Source: Clostridia bacterium (lineage in GTDB: Bacteria > Bacillota > Clostridia > Christensenellales > RUG350). From it: a stretch of DNA of 64,000 nt. Each line of letters begins with the position of its first letter. Position 1 is the stretch's first letter. Location of the stretch: the NCBI GenBank assembly GCA_017631635.1, contig JAGBSX010000048.1, forward strand, positions 5,626 to 69,625, in the 5' to 3' direction. Below, in pieces: positions 57,503 to 64,000 of the stretch. The translations under genes and the position numbers were made by a program. The notes below the pieces were generated by a model, which was not told the DNA's origin, ran no database searches, and was given only the letters and a program-made list of their open reading frames with translations.

Positions 57503-57768
57503 AATATTAGTCTCCTTTTATTGTTTTTTGTTGCAGATGAGAGTGGTGTGTCTAGGCTATGTGATATGCACTATGATAGCCTACGGATATCACCTCATAT
57601 ACTCTATTATAACCAAAAAACACCCCAAAAGCAAAGTAATTGCCTATCAAAATTCGAAATATATTATAAATAATATGCTTTTTTTGGTGGCGCTCGCTTG
57701 ACAAGTGAAAAAAAAAGGAATACAATTCATCTCGTTGTGAAATTTTTTTGCAAAAGAAGGTAATGATT

Positions 57769-59001
57769 ATGAAAAAATGGAGTAACAAATGGACTCGTGC
57801 CGCTATACCTGCTCTACTACTACATTGTAGTATAGGTACGGTATACTGTTGGAGCACCTTTAAGGCAAATATAGCCTCCTACATAGGAGCAGGCGTAGGA
57901 GACGTAGAGTGGGCGTTTTCACTAGCGATATTCTTCCTAGGTATGTCTGCTGCATTTGCAGGCAACGTCGTAGAGAAAAATATCCACAAGTCCTCTCTTA
58001 TCGCTGCGATATGTTTCGCTGTGGGACTAGCAGGCACGGCGCTATTTATAATGCTCAAGAGCCTAGTAGGTATACTCGTCTGCTACGGTTGTATAATGGG
58101 TGTGGGACTAGGACTAGGATACCTATCTCCAGTCAAGACACTTATGCTATGGTTCAAGGACAAGAAGGGACTAGCCACAGGTCTAGCAGTCGCAGGATTT
58201 GGCGCTGCCAAGGCTATAGCCACTCCTATCATGACTGCTATGCTAGATAGTGGTATGGAGTTGCCTACTATGTTCTTCATACTAGCAGGCGTATACTTCG
58301 TGATGATGATAGTAGGACACCTTCTACTCAAGAAACCTGACGGTTGGCACGAAGAGGAGGCTCCCAAGAGTGAACATCCTGTACGTGATTTCTTTGGGAA
58401 ATTCAAGGTATTTAAGGACAAGACTTTTGTAGGAGTATGGATAGTATTTTATATCAATATCACTTGTGGTCTAGCCATCATAGCTAACGAGAAGTCTATG
58501 ATATCCACCATAGGTCTAGAGTACGCTCTCATAGGTACTCTATGCGCTATATTCAATGCTGGTGGTAGGCTAGGATATTCGGCTGTCGCAGACCATATGA
58601 AAGACCGTAATACTATCTACAAGATAATACTCGCTAGCCAAATCGCTATCACCACGATAGCGCTCATACTGGCATTTACCACAGGTCTAGACAATTCGCT
58701 ACTCTCTGTGATAATAGTACTAGCGCTAGTATTCGTAGTCAATGCAGGATACGGTGGTGGATTTAGCAATCTACCTACACTACTATCCGACCACTTCGGT
58801 ATGAAGAGTATATCCACCTTGCACGGTGTAGCGTTGTCTGCGTGGGCATTCGCAGGTCTCACAGGTAATCAAATGGCATCTCTCATCACGGGCGCTACTG
58901 GAGATATCAAGTTCGTATTCTTGGCTACGTTGGTGCTATACTTGATAGCAATGGTAGTCAATCTACTACTTATCAAGCCAGCAGGACACGAGAAAGTCTA
59001 A
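57769..59001 (+). CDS. MFS transporter, oxalate/formate antiporter (OFA)-like
   Basis: W...AAIPALLLHCSIGTVYCWS is typical of the OFA family. 12 TM. Confidence 0.7.
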   Translation: MKKWSNKWTRAAIPALLLHCSIGTVYCWSTFKANIASYIGAGVGDVEWAFSLAIFFLGMSAAFAGNVVEKNIHKSSLIAAICFAVGLAGTALFIMLKSLVGILVCYGCIMGVGLGLGYLSPVKTLMLWFKDKKGLATGLAVAGFGAAKAIATPIMTAMLDSGMELPTMFFILAGVYFVMMIVGHLLLKKPDGWHEEEAPKSEHPVRDFFGKFKVFKDKTFVGVWIVFYINITCGLAIIANEKSMISTIGLEYALIGTLCAIFNAGGRLGYSAVADHMKDRNTIYKIILASQIAITTIALILAFTTGLDNSLLSVIIVLALVFVVNAGYGGGFSNLPTLLSDHFGMKSISTLHGVALSAWAFAGLTGNQMASLITGATGDIKFVFLATLVLYLIAMVVNLLLIKPAGHEKV

Positions 59002-59067
59002 TCGTATCAATACAAAAAAGCATTTCGCAAAACAGCAATAGACATAGGAATTTTTAAACAATAAAAA

Positions 59068-59303
59068 GTGTAGCCCACTATACTTCGCAAAAAGCGAAAT
59101 ATGGTGGGCTTTGCTTATCCACAGAATAGTTAAATAATTTAGTTATATTTTATCCTATGGTTAAAGTTATATTATATTTGCCACAACTTTCCCGAAAGGG
59201 AAAATAAAACTTTGCATAGCAAAATATCACTGCTTTTAGCAATATAACTTGCCGTTAGGCAAATATAGTTGTGGCGTAGCAATAATCCCTATCGCTACGC
59301 CAC
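59068..59303 (-). repeat. hairpin-array element copy E6
   Basis: Core at 59166-59187 (reverse complement orientation). Terminal hairpin GTGGCGTAGC..GCTACGCCAC at 59271-59303. Long hairpin AGCCCAC..GTGGGCT at 59072-59110, homologous to E4 44023-44062. Confidence 0.8.
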
Positions 59304-59354
59304 TAAGAAACGCTTTTTTCATTTTGTTTGTTTTGTTTGACTATCTAGTAGTGC

Positions 59355-60305
59355 TCATTTATTGACTACGTTGACAGGTGCGCCTGATAGATAAGCCGAT
59401 ACGTTGTGGGCGACTATATCCATTAGTCTCTGTCTAGACTCCCTAGGCGCCCAAGCGATATGAGGTGTGATAGTCAAGTGAGGTGTGTCCACGAGAGGAC
59501 AGTCTCTATTCATAGGCTCTACGGATAGCACGTCTAGATATGCGTGCGCTATCACTCTGTCTCGTAGCGCTCTATCTAGGGCTACCTCGTCCACGACAGG
59601 ACCTCTAGAGGTATTGACGAGTACGGCAGTAGATTTCATCATAGATAGAGTAGAGTCGTTGATGAGGTGATGAGTAGAGTCGTTGAGAGGACAATGTAGA
59701 GTGAGGTAATCACTCTCTCCAAATAGAGTCTCTCTATCCACTAGGGTATAGGGCATATCGCTAGGAGTGGTGCGTGTGTGTACCAGTACTCTCATACCCA
59801 TAGCGTCTGCTATGCGTGCTACTCGCTTGCCTATATCTCCGTAGCCAAATATGCCTAATTTTTTGCCATATAGTTCGGCGAGAGGGTAGTCAAAGTAGCA
59901 AAAGGTCTTGCTCGATATCCAATCTCCTCTCTTGACGGATTCGTCGTAGGTATGTATTTGATTGGAGTGGTGTAGTATCATGGCGAATACGTGTTGGGCG
60001 ACGTCTACCGTCGAATACCCTGGTACGTTGGTCACGACTATACCTCTACTCCTAGCATACTCTAGGTCTACGTTGTTGTAGCCGGTGGCTGTGAGTCCTA
60101 TATACCTAAGATTTGGCAATCTCTCAATCATATCTTTGTCAAATAGAGTCTTGTTGCAGATGACGATAGGGGAGTCTATGCAGGCATCTGCTACTTCTTG
60201 TCTAGAGAGTATATCGTGATAGGATACTTCACCTAGAGTATCTACGTGTGATAGGTCTATATCTCCTACTGTGAAAGTAGGTTTGTCTAATACTGTAATC
60301 TTCAT
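59355..60305 (-). CDS. D-isomer-specific 2-hydroxyacid dehydrogenase (glycerate dehydrogenase-like)
   Basis: GIFGYGDIGKRVA NAD motif, SRG, and a H...P.ES catalytic region. Confidence 0.85.
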   Translation of the reverse strand: MKITVLDKPTFTVGDIDLSHVDTLGEVSYHDILSRQEVADACIDSPIVICNKTLFDKDMIERLPNLRYIGLTATGYNNVDLEYARSRGIVVTNVPGYSTVDVAQHVFAMILHHSNQIHTYDESVKRGDWISSKTFCYFDYPLAELYGKKLGIFGYGDIGKRVARIADAMGMRVLVHTRTTPSDMPYTLVDRETLFGESDYLTLHCPLNDSTHHLINDSTLSMMKSTAVLVNTSRGPVVDEVALDRALRDRVIAHAYLDVLSVEPMNRDCPLVDTPHLTITPHIAWAPRESRQRLMDIVAHNVSAYLSGAPVNVVNK

Positions 60306-60449
60306 AAGGACCTCCGAGGATATTATAGCACTATGAGTACGGTTTGTCTAGCGTAAAATATCTAGTTCTGCAAATGAGGTGTTGAGATAATTGTAGAAAA
60401 AAACGGTAGGCTTTACTATACGCCTACCGTTTTGGTTGAACTCACTTAG

Positions 60450-60596
60450 TTAGTTGCACTTGGTAAATTCGTTGTTAGAACACTTTGGGCATGGTGGCAT
60501 TTTGTCGCTACCGCCTAGATTGACCTTGGTCTTGCAGTTGGTGCAAGAATAGCAACCGTCACCTGGCTTTTCGCCTGTCTTGATAATATTTCTCAT
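60450..60596 (-). CDS. 48-aa zinc-ribbon protein (not in the ORF track)
   Basis: My translation is MRNIIKTGEKPGDGCYSCTNCKTKVNLGGSDKMPPCPKCSNNEFTKCN. AGGAGG RBS 5 nt upstream. CxxC...CxxC. A terminator hairpin follows at about 60394-60432. Confidence 0.65.
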   Translation of the reverse strand: MRNIIKTGEKPGDGCYSCTNCKTKVNLGGSDKMPPCPKCSNNEFTKCN

Positions 60597-60667
60597 AACG
60601 TCCTCCTATATATTTGTGATATCACTAATATAATCATGCTCAATTTGACGTCAAATTATACGCAAAC

Positions 60668-60946
60668 TCATTTTTTGTTGGCGATAGATACAAAATAATC
60701 GTGTCGCTTGAGATAATCTCTACAAGCCCTCAGAGATGTAGAGGTAGAGGGGCGAGGGGGTGGAGCAGATGGAGGATTGAGGGAGTTAGAGGAGGGAGGA
60801 GAATCGCCAGTTGGGGTAGATTTTGAACCAAATATTTTGACCATCTCCGTGATAATAGGTAGTAGTGTAGCCAAAAAAGACTGCTTTTTGGGTGAATTCT
60901 CCCTGTCAGTTTTGGGAAATATGCCATATTTATTAAAATCCGTCAA
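60668..60946 (-). CDS. hypothetical Pro/Ser-rich small protein
   Basis: 92-aa ORF. Low-complexity PPSSNSLNPPSAPPPRPSTSTS. No family recognised. Confidence 0.35.
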   Translation of the reverse strand: MTDFNKYGIFPKTDRENSPKKQSFLATLLPIITEMVKIFGSKSTPTGDSPPSSNSLNPPSAPPPRPSTSTSLRACRDYLKRHDYFVSIANKK

Positions 60947-61055
60947 AAATTACCTCCAAAAATATTTGCAATATATTTCGTTATATTATATAATAATAAA
61001 GTATCAATTATGCTAGCAGTATTGTTGTTTTTTGGCTAGCATCAAGGAGAATAAG

Positions 61056-62579
61056 ATGAAGAAGAAGATTTTGACTCTGCTCGCTTTAGTTTTGGTAGTG
61101 GCTACGCTACTAGTAGGTTGCCAACCTGCCTACTCGGTATCCAACCCAGACAACGCTACGGATATAGTCACCTCAAATGGTGGTAGCGTGGTTAAGCACG
61201 GAGATTACGTTTACTTTATCAATGGTACCACCTCTTATGAGAAGCACTCCGGCAAGAATGTGTACGGCAACGTGCTCAAGGGTGGAGTTATGCGTTATAA
61301 GTTGCAAAACGGCGCTATAGTAGATGGCTCACTAGAACTAGTAGTACCCAAGCAAGTGCTAGACAGTTCCAAGACTCCAGGTATATTCGTATATGGTAGC
61401 AAACTCTACTACGTCACCCCTGCCGAGATAGTTGACAAAGAGGGATATATCCAAGAGGAGTATCTAGAGTTTTGCGAAGTGGGCGTAGACGGTACTGGCA
61501 ATAGAGTTATCAAGACACTAGATGCAAATACTATCAGTTACGTATTTGGCAAGACTGCGTTTATGTACCTCAAGGACAAGGTATTGTATAGCGTTAGTTA
61601 TGCTACTGGTGTGGAGACAGAGGTAGACAAAGACGTCGTATCTGCTATATTCCCTACCAACTACACCTACGATCCTACCAAGACAGGTATCAGTAGTGAC
61701 GATTGCGTATATTACACCAAGGCAAATGCCGACGAGGTAGTATACTCATACAACGAGATATATCTCACTACCGTAGACGGCTCTTATAAGGCTCAAATAG
61801 CAGGCAAGGATAGTTTCACTACTACCTCAGACTATACCAAGATGTACACCTATACTCTACTCAAGTACGAGGGAGGACAGTTGTACTACACCAAGTCTTA
61901 CTCAGCATCTTCTGCTCAAGCAGTAGGTACTTTTGTACTAGATATGACAGCGTATGCTTATGATGAGACCAAGGATATCACTTGGATTGCTACCAACGAG
62001 ACTAAGTTGTCTATAGAGACTTATACCCAAGTCAATGCTATCAGTGGTGGTAGATATATCTACGTGGCAGACTCCAAGACAAAGTTGAGAAATGCCGACG
62101 GTAGCGTAGAATTGCTATTTGACAAGGCTGTCACCGTAGTAGGCGAGTCCAACAACACCTTGTACTATGACAATGGCTCTGCCAAGTTGTACAAGTACGT
62201 GCTCACAGGTGTAGATGGCCCTGCAGAGAAATTGAATATCAAAGAGGATAGCGTCACTACTTGGCTATCATACGAGTTTATCGACGGCACTATCTACTAC
62301 GTAAATGCATTTAATGCTCAAAACTATTTGCACAAGTACGATATAGTAGCAGGTGAGGATATGTTTATCGGCAAGAGAACTGATATCGATATTGCTAGCG
62401 ACGTAGCGATACTCATAGATGCACTACCAAAGGTAGACGCATTGGTAGAAGATGACGAAGAGGCTATAGTAGAGGCACAAACTGCGTATGATGCGCTTTC
62501 ACCTGCGCAGAAAGCATTGGTCAACAACTACTCCATTTTGGAAGAGTTGCAAACTGCATTGGCCGAATTGAAAGATTAA
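61056..62579 (+). CDS. hypothetical lipoprotein (beta-propeller-like repeats?)
   Basis: ATG 61056 follows AAGGAG. Lipobox LLVGC. Y/T/D-rich, with repeated ..LYY.. segments. Confidence 0.6.
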   Translation: MKKKILTLLALVLVVATLLVGCQPAYSVSNPDNATDIVTSNGGSVVKHGDYVYFINGTTSYEKHSGKNVYGNVLKGGVMRYKLQNGAIVDGSLELVVPKQVLDSSKTPGIFVYGSKLYYVTPAEIVDKEGYIQEEYLEFCEVGVDGTGNRVIKTLDANTISYVFGKTAFMYLKDKVLYSVSYATGVETEVDKDVVSAIFPTNYTYDPTKTGISSDDCVYYTKANADEVVYSYNEIYLTTVDGSYKAQIAGKDSFTTTSDYTKMYTYTLLKYEGGQLYYTKSYSASSAQAVGTFVLDMTAYAYDETKDITWIATNETKLSIETYTQVNAISGGRYIYVADSKTKLRNADGSVELLFDKAVTVVGESNNTLYYDNGSAKLYKYVLTGVDGPAEKLNIKEDSVTTWLSYEFIDGTIYYVNAFNAQNYLHKYDIVAGEDMFIGKRTDIDIASDVAILIDALPKVDALVEDDEEAIVEAQTAYDALSPAQKALVNNYSILEELQTALAELKD

Positions 62580-62586
62580 AAAAGTA

Positions 62587-62617
62587 GGGGCGTCGGCTCA
62601 GCCGACGCCTTAATTTT
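62587..62617 (+). terminator. intrinsic terminator
   Basis: GGCGTCGGC-tca-GCCGACGCC followed by a T-rich tail. Confidence 0.7.
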
Positions 62618-62626
62618 GGAGAGAGT

Positions 62627-62890
62627 ATGAGAGTAGACAAATTTTTGAAGGTATCTAGAGTAATCAAGAGACGCACCGTCGCCAAAGACGCGTGTGAGGC
62701 TTGTCGCGTGTCTATCAACGGCCGTACTGCCAAACCTTCTAGCGAAGTCAACGAGGGGGATATCCTCACCGTGCGATTTGGCATCAAAGAAATAGTGCTA
62801 CGAGTACTCTCCACCAAAGAATATTGTAGAAAAGAAGACGTCGATATGATGTATGAGATACTAGAAGAGGACGGCAATGAAGTATTATGA
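62627..62890 (+). CDS. S4-domain RNA-binding protein (YabO/Hsp15-like)
   Basis: MRVDKFLKVSRVIKRRTVAKDACEACRVSINGRTAKPS closely resembles B. subtilis YabO. Confidence 0.8.
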   Translation: MRVDKFLKVSRVIKRRTVAKDACEACRVSINGRTAKPSSEVNEGDILTVRFGIKEIVLRVLSTKEYCRKEDVDMMYEILEEDGNEVL

Positions 62891-64000
62891 TGTCATAGTC
62901 ATAGGAGCAGGCCACGCAGGAGTCGAGGCAGGACTGGCATCTGCGCGTATGGGTAGCAAGACTTTGCTACTCACTCTCAACCTAGATAGCGTATCAAATC
63001 TAGCGTGCAATCCCTCCATAGGAGGCACGTCCAAAGGTCACTTGGTCTGCGAGATAGATGCTCTCGGAGGTGAGATGGGCAGAGGTGCAGATAGCACGCT
63101 ACTCCAACTAAAGATGCTCAACACAGCCAAGGGTACTGCCGTACATAGTCTCAGGGCTCAATCGGACAAGAGGGGATACCACGATTATATGAAGAAGGTC
63201 ATCACCTCCACCCCTGGACTTGACGTGATGCAAGACGAGGCTATGGAGATACTCACGGATAGTGAGGGCAAAGTCTCTGGAGTCAAGTGCGCCATAGGGC
63301 AGTATGAGTGCAAGGCTGTAGTCATAGCGAGTGGAGTTTATCTCAGTTCGCAGATAATCATAGGAGATTTTGTCAAAGATAGTGGACCTAGTGGATTTTT
63401 TCAAGCGACAGGTCTCACGGATAGCCTATTGAGACTAGGGCTAGACATACGCAGATTTAAGACTGGTACTCCACCTCGTATACTCAAGAGGAGTGTCAAC
63501 TACGACTTGGTAGAGGCGCAGTATGGAGATGAAGATATATATACCTTCTCCAGATTGACTAACGTAGACCTCAGGGAGCAAGCCCCTTGCTACCTCACTT
63601 ATACCAACCTAGAGACGCACCGTATCATACTAGACAATATAGACCGTTCGCCTCTATACAATGGTAGTATCAAGAGCACTGGCCCTAGATATTGTCCGTC
63701 GCTAGAGACCAAAGTAGTGAGATTTAAGGACAAGGATAGACACCAAGTATTCCTCGAGCCAGACGACGGAGAGGAGTTGTACGTCCAAGGTATGTCTACC
63801 TCTATGCCATACGACGTCCAAGAGAAGATGGTGCATAGTGTCAAAGGTCTCGAAAATGCAGAGATAGTTAGATATGGCTACGCCATAGAGTACGACTGTA
63901 TCAATCCTCTAGAACTACGAGCCGACCTATCCGTCAAGAAGGTCAAGGGATTGTATACGGCAGGGCAGATAAATGGTAGTAGTGGCTACGAAGAGGCTGC
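62877..64000 (+). CDS. mnmG: tRNA uridine 5-carboxymethylaminomethyl modification enzyme MnmG (5' part; runs off the window)
   Basis: My translation is MKYYDVIVIGAGHAGVEAGLASARMGSKTLLLTLNLDSVSNLACNPSIGGTSKGHLVCEIDALGGEMG... Open to the window end, so absent from the ORF track. Confidence 0.9.
   Translation, partial: MKYYDVIVIGAGHAGVEAGLASARMGSKTLLLTLNLDSVSNLACNPSIGGTSKGHLVCEIDALGGEMGRGADSTLLQLKMLNTAKGTAVHSLRAQSDKRGYHDYMKKVITSTPGLDVMQDEAMEILTDSEGKVSGVKCAIGQYECKAVVIASGVYLSSQIIIGDFVKDSGPSGFFQATGLTDSLLRLGLDIRRFKTGTPPRILKRSVNYDLVEAQYGDEDIYTFSRLTNVDLREQAPCYLTYTNLETHRIILDNIDRSPLYNGSIKSTGPRYCPSLETKVVRFKDKDRHQVFLEPDDGEELYVQGMSTSMPYDVQEKMVHSVKGLENAEIVRYGYAIEYDCINPLELRADLSVKKVKGLYTAGQINGSSGYEEA

Noticed and set aside
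57561-57593. GTGATAT-N19-ATATCAC upstream of the OFA-type MFS gene, possibly a solo unit of the hairpin-array family.
   Set aside because: It is a single occurrence. The intervening sequence forms only a weak hairpin, and 7-mers this AT-rich can occur by chance. It is noted here but not called.

Overview
This is a 64-kb chromosomal window from a moderately AT-rich Firmicute that appears to form endospores. Clostridia-like markers include a SCIFF ranthipeptide pair, yabP-yabQ, a BclA-like collagen protein, and a Ddh-type lysine pathway behind an L-box. There are about 70 protein genes, mostly housekeeping: mtlD-like, metF/metH, ppiB, glycolipid glycosyltransferases, a U32 peptidase, mgsA, uppP, lysA-ddh-dapB-dapA, mnmA, nagB, recF and mnmG. 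The window also holds an orphan 5S rRNA, one tRNA-Val(GAC), one lysine riboswitch and an IS3 remnant. Several things are not explained by routine annotation. (1) Six intergenic copies of a mosaic 'hairpin-array' element: mini-hairpins whose stems covary, separated by a conserved 8-mer that flips orientation around a 22-nt core. (2) A two-gene McrBC-like module whose McrB-type NTPase carries a 4-5 TM N-terminal domain; its partner seems to lack a nuclease motif and ends in a zinc ribbon. (3) A trio of paralogous membrane proteins of unknown function. (4) A membrane-anchored barnase-like RNase with no visible barstar, inside a compositionally foreign left end. (5) Small genes missed by the ORF track (SCIFF precursor, a 48-aa zinc-ribbon protein) and disrupted genes (a ygjV-like frameshift at a homopolymer, and an Avd-like four-helix-bundle gene with an in-frame TAA). 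All calls rest on reading motifs by eye; no database search or folding program was available.
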